A stretch of DNA of 60,122 nucleotides. Origin: Candidatus Micrarchaeota archaeon. Lineage in GTDB: Archaea; Micrarchaeota; Micrarchaeia; Anstonellales; Bilamarchaeaceae. The stretch is taken from NCBI GenBank assembly GCA_040754495.1, contig JBFMCO010000056.1, forward strand, positions 1-60,122. Direction: 5' to 3'. Both the position numbers and the translations under genes were made by a program. The first letter of the stretch is position 1, and every line of letters begins with the position of its first letter. Shown one piece after another: positions 19,159-28,369 of the stretch. The notes under the pieces were generated by a model, which ran no database searches, was not told where the DNA came from, and saw only the letters and a list, made by a program, of their open reading frames with translations.

Positions 19159-20427
19159 ATGATGAAATTGACAAGGGAAACGAGGACGGAGCGCGTCGGT
19201 TCCGGTGCTAGGTGGGGGGCGAGGATGCTTGCAGTCGGGGCGCTTGCTGCTGCAGGATGCGGCGAGATAGGCGTGGATAACATGATTCCCATGCCCGGAA
19301 AGCGCGATGGAGGTTCCAGAGACGCAATTGCAGACCTCGCAAGGAAGGACGCGGCACTGGACGCGATGAAGGCTGATTCAAGGGGTGATGGCAGGCTTGA
19401 GGGCCACGCCAAAGACCTGAAGGGCGATGGCAAGGGGGCGGATTCCAGGCCGGCGGACTCAAAGGCGGATGGGTGCGTCGCGGTGAAAAGCCAGCTCGGA
19501 TGCTCGAATTCATTCCAGGCAGCTTCCGGATGGGTGTCCCTGGGCCAGACGCTCGACATAAAGGACACGCTCTCCTTCACGACCGTCATGCGCATCGGGT
19601 TCGAGGGAGTGGAAAGCCACAATGGGACGACCAGCGCCATTGTTTCCCTGATGGATTCATGCGGAAAGACGCTAACCAAAATCAAGGTCCCGCTGAAAGG
19701 CTCGGTGAGCGCGGGCTTCAACGGCCAGATGCTCGACATAAGCGCCGAGGAAATCAATGTCGGGATGAGCATTGGCGATGCCGGCCTGAAGCAGGGCTCT
19801 GCCAAGCTGTCGGTAAAAGTGCCATGCAACCTGGACGGGGGCACGCCTGATCTGAAGGGCGCCGACGCAGCGCAAAAGAAAGACTCCAAGCCACCTGCGG
19901 ACTCGAAGCCGGCTGCGGACAAGGCAACCGATTCCAAACCCAAGGCGGACTCTTCGCTACCAAAGCCTGACGCTGCGGTGAAGTCCGATTACAAGGTGGC
20001 GGACCTCCAATCCGCCGATTGGGCCGGCTGGGATTCGAAGAAGCCGGACTCGGCCCAAAAGGATGCCGCGAAATCGGATTCTTCTGCCAAACCCGATGCC
20101 AAGACGGTGATGCCGGACTCCAAGGCGGAAGGGGCGTCAAAATGCGCGGGCGTATACAACGAGCTCGTCACAGAAGGCGTTTTCCAGAAGGGCGCAGATA
20201 CGGAAGTGGGCGGCTACTACCTGAACTACAAGGCCTACACCCCCAAATCCGTTGTGATGGACATAAAATGCGCCTCAACCGGCGCGGCGGTCGCTTCGGG
20301 GGAGGCGTTCATAGTCGGGAAGCAGAAAACGCTCTCGCTCCAGGCCGATGGCAAGAAGCTCATCGTCACGGTGCTGAACAAGAACACGTTCCGCGCGGTG
20401 GCATCGGTCGAAGTGGACGACCTGTAG
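19159..20427 (+). CDS. Lipoprotein-like surface protein 4 (chimera of both domain types)
   Basis: LAVGALAAAGC; central domain like protein 1; C-terminal GGYYL...NKNTF domain; GAGGTG RBS. Confidence 0.8.
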   Translation: MMKLTRETRTERVGSGARWGARMLAVGALAAAGCGEIGVDNMIPMPGKRDGGSRDAIADLARKDAALDAMKADSRGDGRLEGHAKDLKGDGKGADSRPADSKADGCVAVKSQLGCSNSFQAASGWVSLGQTLDIKDTLSFTTVMRIGFEGVESHNGTTSAIVSLMDSCGKTLTKIKVPLKGSVSAGFNGQMLDISAEEINVGMSIGDAGLKQGSAKLSVKVPCNLDGGTPDLKGADAAQKKDSKPPADSKPAADKATDSKPKADSSLPKPDAAVKSDYKVADLQSADWAGWDSKKPDSAQKDAAKSDSSAKPDAKTVMPDSKAEGASKCAGVYNELVTEGVFQKGADTEVGGYYLNYKAYTPKSVVMDIKCASTGAAVASGEAFIVGKQKTLSLQADGKKLIVTVLNKNTFRAVASVEVDDL

Positions 20428-20435
20428 GTGTTTTC

Positions 20436-21149
20436 ATGAGAATGAAGAGGCACATAAATGGCGAGAAGGCTGGGGGGAGCCGCGGGCTCCATGCAGTTCC
20501 GTTTGCGGGAGCCGCGGCACTCCTGGCGCTGCAGGTATGCGTCTACGAATCGCCGGGCATACCGCTCTCCGGGCATGACTCCTTAACCCCTGATAAGGCA
20601 AAGGACGCGCGTGCAGAAACAAAGGCAAAGGATATTGCGCAGGACTACCTTTCAGACCGAAGCCGCGACGTGAAGCCGCAGGCCGACATGCCGGCAAAGC
20701 AGGATATCCGGGCTGACCTGAAGGCCGATGCAAAGAAGCCAGATTCCATGCAGAAGGACATGTCCAAAGACATGAAGCAGCCGTCGGACATGCCGAAGGA
20801 CGTCAAGGCGGCTATGGACCTGTCGAAGGATGCGAAGGGTCCTGCGGACACGTTCAGCCCTCTATGCAAGGGCGTGTTTAATGCTTCCGTGACAAGCGGC
20901 TCATTCCCGAAAGGGACGGACACTGGCCTCGGGGGCTACCTCCTCAATTATGTCTCTTACACAACGTCCACTGTAACGATGGATGTCAAATGCGGCTCGG
21001 ACAATTCCCCTGTCGCGGCAGGAGAGGTCTTCACGGTGGGGGTTGAAAAGACAATCCAGGTGCCGAAGGACGGCAAGAAAATCCGCATAACCGTGCTTAA
21101 CAAGAACACGTTCAATGCCACCTGCACGGTCTATGTAGAGAATATCTAG
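20436..21149 (+). CDS. Lipoprotein-like surface protein 5
   Basis: AGAAALLALQVC; KD-rich repetitive linker; C-terminal GGYLL...NKNTF domain; AGGTG RBS. Confidence 0.78.
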   Translation: MRMKRHINGEKAGGSRGLHAVPFAGAAALLALQVCVYESPGIPLSGHDSLTPDKAKDARAETKAKDIAQDYLSDRSRDVKPQADMPAKQDIRADLKADAKKPDSMQKDMSKDMKQPSDMPKDVKAAMDLSKDAKGPADTFSPLCKGVFNASVTSGSFPKGTDTGLGGYLLNYVSYTTSTVTMDVKCGSDNSPVAAGEVFTVGVEKTIQVPKDGKKIRITVLNKNTFNATCTVYVENI

Positions 21150-21175
21150 CTCCAGAATCTCCCACGACGATGGAG

Positions 21176-21209
21176 GCCGGGCGGGCCGGCTTTTGCCGGG
21201 CTCCCCGGC
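21176..21209 (+). terminator. GC-rich stem-loop between the lipoprotein array and tRNA-Ala (convergent)
   Basis: GCCGGG...CCGGC-TTTT-GCCGG...CCCCGGC. A terminator role is inferred from position only. Confidence 0.35.
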
Positions 21210-21302
21210 GTAAATGGGCTTGCGGTGAAATCCGCGGTTCACTTCCCGCCATTTTCCATGAGTCAAACTACGACTGTCTGCAACTGTTTAAAGAAGGAAA
21301 AA

Positions 21303-21446
21303 TGGACTCGGGGGGAAATGCGTTGGGTTTCCGGTTTTCCGTTTCCAGTTCCGTAACAAAACTGGGAACTCGAGACTGGAAACACAATCTCGCACCCCCG
21401 GCCTCTCCCATGCCAAGGGAGCGCTCTGCTGCTGAGCTACGAGCCC
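21303..21446 (-). tRNA. tRNA-Ala(GGC) with a 72-nt intron at 59/60
   Basis: Acceptor GGGCTCG/CGAGTCC with G3:U70 and A73; D stem GCTC/GAGC; anticodon arm CTCCC-TTGGCAT-GGGAG; T stem GGGGG/CCCCC. Intron 21317..21388. Confidence 0.88.
21317..21388 (-). other. Archaeal tRNA intron with strict hBHBh' motif
   Basis: h = T stem; H = TGCG/CGCA; bulges AG|A and TT|T; h' = TTG.GTTTCC/GGAAAC.CAA. Confidence 0.85.
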
Positions 21447-21532
21447 ATCTGGGCTTTTCCGCCGGGTATCCTCAGGATAAAAGCCCGCAAAACTTCCTGA
21501 AGTAATTATCGCCGGAATAAAATATAATCCCA

Positions 21533-21757
21533 TCAGGCAGGCGATATGAACGTGACAGAGTCGCCGCGCAGGAGCACGGTCCCGACGCCTCTCTTCACTT
21601 CACCGTTGACAAGCTGCTCGGCCTTCTCGAGCACTATGTTCATGTGCACGTCGTAGGCAACCATGACTCCCCTGAACTCGAAGCCGCCTTTCATCCCTAT
21701 GATGACGGTGTTGTTCAGCGAGCCGTTCAAAACGTCGAATGGTCTTCTCTCTGGCAT
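21533..21757 (-). CDS. Sm-like (Lsm/SmAP1) protein
   Basis: RPFDVL, FRGVMVAYDVHMNIVL, LLRGDSV. Confidence 0.95.
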   Translation of the reverse strand: MPERRPFDVLNGSLNNTVIIGMKGGFEFRGVMVAYDVHMNIVLEKAEQLVNGEVKRGVGTVLLRGDSVTFISPA

Positions 21758-21811
21758 TGTTTCACCTCAAAAAATTAAAGTTCTCCTTATCAACATGATA
21801 GGGTTTAAAAA

Positions 21812-22309
21812 TCACTCGTTGTTCACGATGGTCTCTATCCTTCCCGGGCCCTTGAAGATGATTATCCTGTCGGCCGTGTTCCGGAGCGCCGCGCTGAAAG
21901 CGACGTCCGTGGCGATTATCATCGTCTTCTTGCCGCGCGCCTTGGCCTTGACCAGGACCGGGCGGTAGTCGGTGTCCCTCGTCATGAGCGCTATCATGTC
22001 GATTCCTGGGTCCAGGACGTACTCCATCGCCTCTATGGCCATCGTCACGTCCACGTCCCCGGTGGTCACGATGGTCTCGAAGCCCTGGTTTATCATGGCC
22101 TCGATGAGCTTGTCGGAAGCGTACTGGTCCAGGTATATCCGGGCCACCCTTATGTTGCCGTATTTCGCGAGCTCCTTCTTTATCTCAACCAGGTCGACGT
22201 TGAACGCCTTGCGCAGTATGTTCGGGCCGTCCACTAGAAGCGCCATGTCGGGCCTCTCCTTCAGCTGCTCCTTCTTCCCGAAAATCCTCTGCAGGTCTAT
22301 CATGAGCAT
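21812..22309 (-). CDS. NYN/PIN-domain protein (TIGR00288-like)
   Basis: LLVDGPNI, GDVDVTMAIEA, TRDTDYRP, LRNTAD. Confidence 0.85.
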   Translation of the reverse strand: MLMIDLQRIFGKKEQLKERPDMALLVDGPNILRKAFNVDLVEIKKELAKYGNIRVARIYLDQYASDKLIEAMINQGFETIVTTGDVDVTMAIEAMEYVLDPGIDMIALMTRDTDYRPVLVKAKARGKKTMIIATDVAFSAALRNTADRIIIFKGPGRIETIVNNE

Positions 22310-22312
22310 GCC

Positions 22313-23041
22313 CTATATGCTGAAACCGAAGAACTCCATCGCGTTCCTGGATGTCGCCGCGGCCACTTCCGCGGCCCCGATGCCCTTCACTTCGGCGATG
22401 TAAGCGGCCGCCTCCCTTATGCTCTCGGGGGTGCGCCCCACATAAGGCGAGTCGCTCTCGACAAGGAGTCTATCGAGCGGCACACTATTAATAACTTTCC
22501 TGCGCTCCTTCGAGCGCATGTGGGCTACTGAGATGTATCCCCCGCCATCCACAATCCTCCGGGCCTGCTCCTCGCTCCCGGAATAGAAGTGCATGAGCAG
22601 CCTCATGCCTCTCGTCAGCCTGATTATGTCCTCGACCGCGTCCTTCGGGACCTCGTTGTCGGCGGGGTTGTTCCTGGAGTGTATGACGATGGGGAGCCCC
22701 ATCTCCCGGGCGAGCCCTATCATGCGGGAAAAGACGAGCACCTCCCCGTCGACGTGCGCTTTCGTGGTGGCCCACTTGTAGTCCAGGCCGACCTCGCCTA
22801 TGGCGTTCGGCCTGCTCTCCCGTATGAAAGACACCCACTCCTCCAGCTTCGATACGCCCTCCTTTACGGTCGTCTGCGGCGCGATGCCGAGGACGAAGGG
22901 GTAACCGCCAGCCCTGGCAGTCTCCACCGCCTTCCTGTTGGACGAGTGCGAGTATCCCACGACTACCGGGTATATGTCTGGGGGCAGGGCGTACCCTTTT
23001 TTCATGTCGAAAAGATGGCAGTGGGAATCGATTAGCGTCAT
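22313..23041 (-). CDS. tatD: TatD-family hydrolase
   Basis: IDSHCHL, AIGEVGLDY, IHSR, HFYSG, ESDSPY. Confidence 0.92.
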   Translation of the reverse strand: MTLIDSHCHLFDMKKGYALPPDIYPVVVGYSHSSNRKAVETARAGGYPFVLGIAPQTTVKEGVSKLEEWVSFIRESRPNAIGEVGLDYKWATTKAHVDGEVLVFSRMIGLAREMGLPIVIHSRNNPADNEVPKDAVEDIIRLTRGMRLLMHFYSGSEEQARRIVDGGGYISVAHMRSKERRKVINSVPLDRLLVESDSPYVGRTPESIREAAAYIAEVKGIGAAEVAAATSRNAMEFFGFSI

Positions 23042-23106
23042 AATCCAGGTTTAAAAACCTTAACCATTTATAACCTATAGTTCTCGAATTGTCGCCAGGT
23101 GTATTG

Positions 23107-23499
23107 ATGGTAGAGAAAGTTTTTGCTATAGCCAAAGAGCTAAGGGAAGGCAAGTACGTGCTCATAGACGACATCCCCTGCAAGGTCGTGGAGATAGAGA
23201 GCTCCAAGCCGGGCAAGCACGGCGCTGCCAAGATGAGGATTACGGGGATAGGAATATTCGAAGGCCAGAAGAAGACGCTGCTCTCGCCGGGCGACGCGGA
23301 CGTCGAGATACCTATAATCGAGAGGAAGAACGTCATGATTCTGTCCGTCTCGGGCAACAGCGCCCAGGTGATGGACCAGCAGAGCAACGAGGTCTACGAC
23401 CTCGAGCTGCCTGCCGACCTCGTTAGCGCAGTGGCCCCAGGCAAGGAGGCCGAGGTCATCGAGGCCATGGGAAGGAAGAAAATGGAGAGGGTCAAATGA
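23107..23499 (+). CDS. eif5a: Translation factor aIF-5A
   Basis: SKPGKHGAAK hypusination motif. Confidence 0.95.
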   Translation: MVEKVFAIAKELREGKYVLIDDIPCKVVEIESSKPGKHGAAKMRITGIGIFEGQKKTLLSPGDADVEIPIIERKNVMILSVSGNSAQVMDQQSNEVYDLELPADLVSAVAPGKEAEVIEAMGRKKMERVK

Positions 23500-23828
23500 A
23501 TGTGAATCTCTTGTCTACGACTGAGAACAAGCTCCTCGACCGCAAGGAAGTGCGGGCCGAAATCAGCTTCGACGGCGCGACCCCGAAGAGGGGCGAGCTC
23601 AAGAGCGCGGTCTGCCAGAAAATCGGCGCGAACCCGGACCTCGCGGTCCTGAGGAAGGTCGAGAGCGCCTTCGGGAGGAAGGCGGTCCGCGTCATGATGC
23701 ACGCTTATTCGACGAAGGAGGCCCTGATGGGGACCGAGCCGGTGCACGTGAAGGTAAGGGAAGGGCTCATGCAGAAGCCCGAGAAGAAGAAGGCCGCCCC
23801 TGCGCCCAAGAAGGCCAAGAAAGAGTGA
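23496..23828 (+). CDS. rps24e: 30S ribosomal protein S24e
   Basis: [16 protein letters not shown]; usual linkage with S27ae. Confidence 0.92.
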   Translation: MNVNLLSTTENKLLDRKEVRAEISFDGATPKRGELKSAVCQKIGANPDLAVLRKVESAFGRKAVRVMMHAYSTKEALMGTEPVHVKVREGLMQKPEKKKAAPAPKKAKKE

Positions 23829-24007
23829 TGATTATGGCAGACGAGAAGAAGAAACCGGCAGCCGCGCCAGCGAAGAAGAAAGAAGCCAAGAAGCCTAAGG
23901 GGTACAAGCCCGGAAAGTCATGCCCGCGCTGCGGGGCAGGGGTCAGGCTGGCCGAGCACAAGGACAGGCGCTCCTGCGGCAAATGCGGGTACTTCGAGAG
24001 AAAATGA
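23825..24007 (+). CDS. rps27ae: 30S ribosomal protein S27ae
   Basis: [26 protein letters not shown]. Confidence 0.93.
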   Translation: MMIMADEKKKPAAAPAKKKEAKKPKGYKPGKSCPRCGAGVRLAEHKDRRSCGKCGYFERK

Positions 24008-24636
24008 CACGCATCTTCCTTATCCTTTCCATACTTTCCATTCTCTCATTCCTTACGGTGCTCGGCTGCCAGGCGGCAGGGTTCCGTGAATGCTCGTTCA
24101 TTTCGGAGAATGCGACTCTTTTCGGCTCGGCCGCGATACACGTCGGCCTGCTCTCGCTTGCGCTCTTTTTCCTGTGGAAAGGCGGCTTCCGCAAGACGCT
24201 GGAATCGGTGGGGTTCCCGGGCGACATCAAGACGACCGCGGTCTTCACGGTAGTCACACTCGGCGCAGTCTTCACGGTCCTCCTGGTCCTCGGCGTCATC
24301 TTCCTTGTCGCGGGCTTCAGCGACCAGCAGAAGGTTTCCGACAAGATAGGGAGCCTCCCGCTGTACATGCTCGTCTTCGCAGCTCTCGCGGCCCCCGTGA
24401 GCGAGGAACTGTTCTTCAGGGGCCTCCTCGTCCAGCGCTGGGGAATCCTGCCCTCCTCGCTCGTGTTCGGGCTGATGCATTTCGCGTACGGCTCGGTGAT
24501 GGAGGTCGTGGGGGCGTTCTCCATCGGTCTCGTGCTGGCCGCATCATTCCGGCTCTCGAAGAGCATTACGCCGCCCATAATTGTCCACATCGTATACAAC
24601 ACGATAGCCATCGCGTTCATGAGGCTTTATTCATGA
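24004..24636 (+). CDS. CPBP (CAAX/Abi) intramembrane glutamic endopeptidase
   Basis: [21 protein letters not shown]; multiple TMs. Confidence 0.9.
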   Translation: MTRIFLILSILSILSFLTVLGCQAAGFRECSFISENATLFGSAAIHVGLLSLALFFLWKGGFRKTLESVGFPGDIKTTAVFTVVTLGAVFTVLLVLGVIFLVAGFSDQQKVSDKIGSLPLYMLVFAALAAPVSEELFFRGLLVQRWGILPSSLVFGLMHFAYGSVMEVVGAFSIGLVLAASFRLSKSITPPIIVHIVYNTIAIAFMRLYS

Positions 24637-25604
24637 AAGTGCTAGGCATAGAATGCACCGCGCACACGCTTTCGGCGGGCATATGCGGGCGTGGCGAAAT
24701 CCTCTCGAACGTCATAGACACCTACTCCGGCGGCGGCGAGGGCCTGATTCCGAGGAAGATGGCCGACCACCATGCCGAGGTTTTCGCTGCGGTGGTCAAA
24801 AAGAGCCTCTCGGATGCCGGCCTCGGAATGGACGACATCGGCCTCGTCGCGTTCTCGCAGGGCCCGGGCATAGGCGCCCCGCTTTCGGTCGGCATAGCCG
24901 GGGCGAAATACCTCGCGCTCCGCCACGGCAAGGAGCTAATCGGAGTCAACCACGGCTACGCTCATGCAAAAATCAGCGAGCGCCTGTGCAGGATGGAGCG
25001 CCCGCTCGTGCTCTACCTCTCCGGGGGCAACAGCCAGATCCTCCAGGAAGACAAAGGCTATTACCATGTGCTCGGCGAGACGCTCGACATCGGAATAGGC
25101 AACCTTTTCGACAGCTTCGCCCGGGCCATAAAGATGGAGCACGCCCACGGCTCGGCCCTCTCGAAACTAGCGGAAGGCGGAAACTACGTCGAGCTTCCCT
25201 ACTCGGTGAAAGGGATGAACCTGGTTTTCTCGGGCCTCCTGACCGCGGCCGAGAAGGCGGCGCGGAGGCATGCGCACAGGGATGTCGCGTACTCACTGAT
25301 GGAAACATCCTTCGCGATGACATGCGAGGTCGCCGAGCGCGCGCTTTTCCTGACGAAAAAAAGGAGCCTGGTCGTCTGCGGCGGCGTCGCCCAGAACCGC
25401 AGGCTCCAGCAGATGCTGAAGACGATGTGCGAAGAGGACGGCGTGCGCTTCGGGGTCGCTCCGGACGAGTTCAACCGCGACAACGGCGCGATGATTGCGT
25501 ACGCCGGCTCCCTGCTGTACAAGAGATACGGGCCGATGCCTGTGGAAAAGTGCGTGCCAATCACGAATTATCGGATAGACCGGATGAAAGAGATGCTGGG
25601 CTGA
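24633..25604 (+). CDS. kae1: KEOPS N6-threonylcarbamoyltransferase Kae1
   Basis: LGIECTAHT, FSQGPG, NHGYAH, LYLSGGNSQ, RDNGAMIA. Confidence 0.93.
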   Translation: MKVLGIECTAHTLSAGICGRGEILSNVIDTYSGGGEGLIPRKMADHHAEVFAAVVKKSLSDAGLGMDDIGLVAFSQGPGIGAPLSVGIAGAKYLALRHGKELIGVNHGYAHAKISERLCRMERPLVLYLSGGNSQILQEDKGYYHVLGETLDIGIGNLFDSFARAIKMEHAHGSALSKLAEGGNYVELPYSVKGMNLVFSGLLTAAEKAARRHAHRDVAYSLMETSFAMTCEVAERALFLTKKRSLVVCGGVAQNRRLQQMLKTMCEEDGVRFGVAPDEFNRDNGAMIAYAGSLLYKRYGPMPVEKCVPITNYRIDRMKEMLG

Positions 25605-25985
25605 TCAGCCGAACTCCTCGATTTTCTTCCCGAGGGCCTGCGCGTTCTCCCAGTTTATCCCGAACGTCTTCTCGTTCTCCCGGAACAGCGAAAGCGGGAC
25701 GAAATACCACGGCTCGCGGTTCCTCCGCCAGCCGATGAAGCAGTTTATGCCGCTGATGTCCTCCCACCTTTTCAGGTTCTCGAACTGCTCCCTGTCTATG
25801 CTCAGGTTCCCCTTCTCCCACGCCTTGGCCTCGATGCCGAACTGCATTCCCCTCCTGAATACCAGGATGTCCGGGCTGAGCGAATTCACCCCGCTGCCGG
25901 CCGCCCTTATGACGCAGAATCCCCTTGTCGAGAAATGGTCTATGAGCTCCCTCTCTGCCCTGGAGCCTTTGCGGTATGAAAGCAT
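25605..25985 (-). CDS. hjc: Holliday junction resolvase Hjc
   Basis: YRKGSRAEREL, IRAAGSG, PDILV, GIEAK. Confidence 0.92.
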   Translation of the reverse strand: MLSYRKGSRAERELIDHFSTRGFCVIRAAGSGVNSLSPDILVFRRGMQFGIEAKAWEKGNLSIDREQFENLKRWEDISGINCFIGWRRNREPWYFVPLSLFRENEKTFGINWENAQALGKKIEEFG

Positions 25986-25996
25986 GCAGCGGATTC

Positions 25997-26866
25997 TCAG
26001 GCAGTCTTTATATTGCCGGCCGCTTCGATGGCCTGCTCCAGCTCGGCCATGTCTATCGGCTTCCTGAGGACCTTCATGGCTCCGGCGCACTTGAGTGCTT
26101 GCCTCTCATCCGAATCGGCCTCCGCGCTAGCGACTACTATAGCCGCGCGGTGGTCGAGGGCCTTTATTGCGGTAACGACCTGGAGGCCGTCCATCTCCGG
26201 CATGTGGAAATCCGTAATGACGACGTCTATGCCGCCCTGCATGTAGCGGGCGACCGCCTCTATCCCCCTGGAGAAAGCCACGGGCTCGTAGCCGAGCGCC
26301 TCCAGCACGTCGCGCATGGCCCCGAGGTTGTCCATATCGTCGTCCACGACCAGAACGCTGAGCGCCTTCCCCGCTTCCCTTTTTTCCGGCGATGCGGGGA
26401 CCTTGCCGCTGCTTTCCAGGACAAGCCCCGCCATTATTTTCATAAGGTCCGCGTCAAACGGCTTTCCCATGACCGCGGCAGCACCGCTAGCGTGGAACCT
26501 GTCCTCGTCTGCCACGCTCATGCCGCCGCTCAGGATGATTACCCTGGCAGCCGGGTCGTGCTTCCTTATCTCCTGAAGAAGCTCAAGCCCGCCCATCTCC
26601 GGCATCTGCCTCTCGGATATCACGAGGTCGAACCCGCCCTGCTTGTAGAGCGCAAGAGCCTCGATGGGGTTCACGCTCGTTGCGCACTCGTAGCCGCACC
26701 TGCCCAGGCCCCGCGTCAGCGCCTTGGCTACCATGGGGTCATCGTCAACAAGAAGAATCCTGGCATGCTTTCTGCCCTGAAGGGCTTCCGGCTCGGGCTT
26801 CCGCAGCGCCGCCTTGGGAAGCTCGCCCGGCAATCCTTCTGGGGCGGTTTTTTGCTTAGGCTCCAT
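25997..26866 (-). CDS. Response regulator with two tandem receiver domains and no output domain
   Basis: ILLVDDD...DLVISERQMPEMGG...MGKP, and VLVVDDD...DVVITDFHMPEMDG...LRKP. Confidence 0.9.
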   Translation of the reverse strand: MEPKQKTAPEGLPGELPKAALRKPEPEALQGRKHARILLVDDDPMVAKALTRGLGRCGYECATSVNPIEALALYKQGGFDLVISERQMPEMGGLELLQEIRKHDPAARVIILSGGMSVADEDRFHASGAAAVMGKPFDADLMKIMAGLVLESSGKVPASPEKREAGKALSVLVVDDDMDNLGAMRDVLEALGYEPVAFSRGIEAVARYMQGGIDVVITDFHMPEMDGLQVVTAIKALDHRAAIVVASAEADSDERQALKCAGAMKVLRKPIDMAELEQAIEAAGNIKTA

Positions 26867-26918
26867 AATGCGTAATTTATATCACATAATTTATAAAGCT
26901 AACACAAAATGCCGCCTC

Positions 26919-27833
26919 TCACGTCTGGTCGGCATATGCCCCCAGCCCCTTCACCTTCTTTATCGCGCAGATGGCCGCGTTGCATCCTTCGCCCGCGCTT
27001 TTCGCCATCTGCTGGTTCCCTCCTGTGCAGCCCCCTGCGGCGTAGCAGCCATCAATCGCGGTCCTGCCTTCCTTATCTATCACGAGGAAGCCCTCAGGCG
27101 TCGTGTCGAGCGCGAGCTTCTGGGCGAAGACAAGGGAGGTGACGCCTCCGAGAGCCAGGAATACGCCGTCGAACTTCAGTGCGCTCCCGTCGCGCAGGAC
27201 GAGCGCGTCGAGCCATTTTTCCCCCCTGAATTCGGCTATGCGGTCCTTGCCCAGTTTCACCCCGCCCTTTGCGCATTCGTCAAGCAGCTCCTTCGAAATC
27301 TCGAAGTCCCTGCCGTTCGATATTATTGTCACGTCCTTCGTGAGCCCCAGAAGCTCAATGGCCTCCTCCGCGGCATGGTTTCCGTTGCCTATGACAGCCA
27401 CCTTCTTGCCCTTGTACGGATAGCCGTCGCATGCGACGCACGTATGCACGCCTTTGCCAAGAAGCGCCTGGTCGTTCTTTATCCCGGGCATCTTCGCGGT
27501 CATGCCGCTCGCTATTATCAGCGTCTTCGATGTGAAAGACCGGTTGTCGGCGCTCTTCACGGTGAAGGAATCGCCCCTTTTGACGGCATGGACCGCCTCG
27601 TTCTCCACGAGCTCGGCCCCGTACTTCTTTATCTGCTCCGCGCCCCTCTCGAGTATCTCAGGGCCGGACATCGAATCCGCGGCGATGTAGTTCCCCACGC
27701 TCTGCGCGAAATGGAGCTGGCTTTTTTCGGGAATCCCTATGACCAGCGTCTTCAGCTTCGCCCTCGCCGCGAACACGGCCGCGGTCATGCCTGCTATCCC
27801 CGCGCCTATGATAATCGTATCATAATCAGCCAT
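26919..27833 (-). CDS. trxB: Thioredoxin reductase-like FAD oxidoreductase
   Basis: IIGAGIAG, CVACDG, IGNGNHAAEEA, YAAGGC. Confidence 0.85.
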   Translation of the reverse strand: MADYDTIIIGAGIAGMTAAVFAARAKLKTLVIGIPEKSQLHFAQSVGNYIAADSMSGPEILERGAEQIKKYGAELVENEAVHAVKRGDSFTVKSADNRSFTSKTLIIASGMTAKMPGIKNDQALLGKGVHTCVACDGYPYKGKKVAVIGNGNHAAEEAIELLGLTKDVTIISNGRDFEISKELLDECAKGGVKLGKDRIAEFRGEKWLDALVLRDGSALKFDGVFLALGGVTSLVFAQKLALDTTPEGFLVIDKEGRTAIDGCYAAGGCTGGNQQMAKSAGEGCNAAICAIKKVKGLGAYADQT

Positions 27834-27876
27834 GCCACCAAATGGCAGGCTGGGTTTTTATCTTTTTTCGGAAGCC

Positions 27877-28326
27877 CTAAAGATTAGATTCGATGGTGCG
27901 CATGAGGATGTCCGGCTCTACGGGCTTCTTCAGGACGGCTAACGCCCCCGCCTGCATTAACCTCGCTTTCTCGTCCTCGTCGGCCCCGCCGCTGCACACG
28001 ATGACCTTTGCCGAAGGTTCGAGCCGCTTTATGGCGATGAGCATCTCAAGCCCGTTCATATGCGGCATGTGCATGTCGCTGACAACAAGGTCTATGCCGC
28101 CTGCCTTGTAAGTTTCCAGCCCTTCCAGGCCGTTGTTTGCAGTCCTGGACGAATAGCCCTTAATCTCCAGGAACATCCCGGCCGTTTCTGTGAAATCCCG
28201 GTCATCGTCCACAACGAGGATGGTCGCGCTCTTCCGGATGCGGTCTGGTCCCGCTGGTTTTTGGGCAGGAAACGGAGCGCCGTCCCTCCCCGCTCCCTTC
28301 CATGGAGTCTTGGGTTCAAGTATCAT
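27877..28326 (-). CDS. Single-domain response regulator
   Basis: ILVVDDD, DLVVSDMHMPHMNG, VCSG, LKKP. Confidence 0.9.
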   Translation of the reverse strand: MILEPKTPWKGAGRDGAPFPAQKPAGPDRIRKSATILVVDDDRDFTETAGMFLEIKGYSSRTANNGLEGLETYKAGGIDLVVSDMHMPHMNGLEMLIAIKRLEPSAKVIVCSGGADEDEKARLMQAGALAVLKKPVEPDILMRTIESNL

Positions 28327-28369
28327 GTTTAGTCACTTTATGCGACCGTATTTATAAACATAACCCCGC

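Noticed and set aside
21215-21290. GCGGTGAAATCCGC...CCCGCC...ACTGT resembling a cobalamin riboswitch
   Set aside because: The upstream GGGAA element is absent, the spacing is wrong and there is no downstream gene on that strand.
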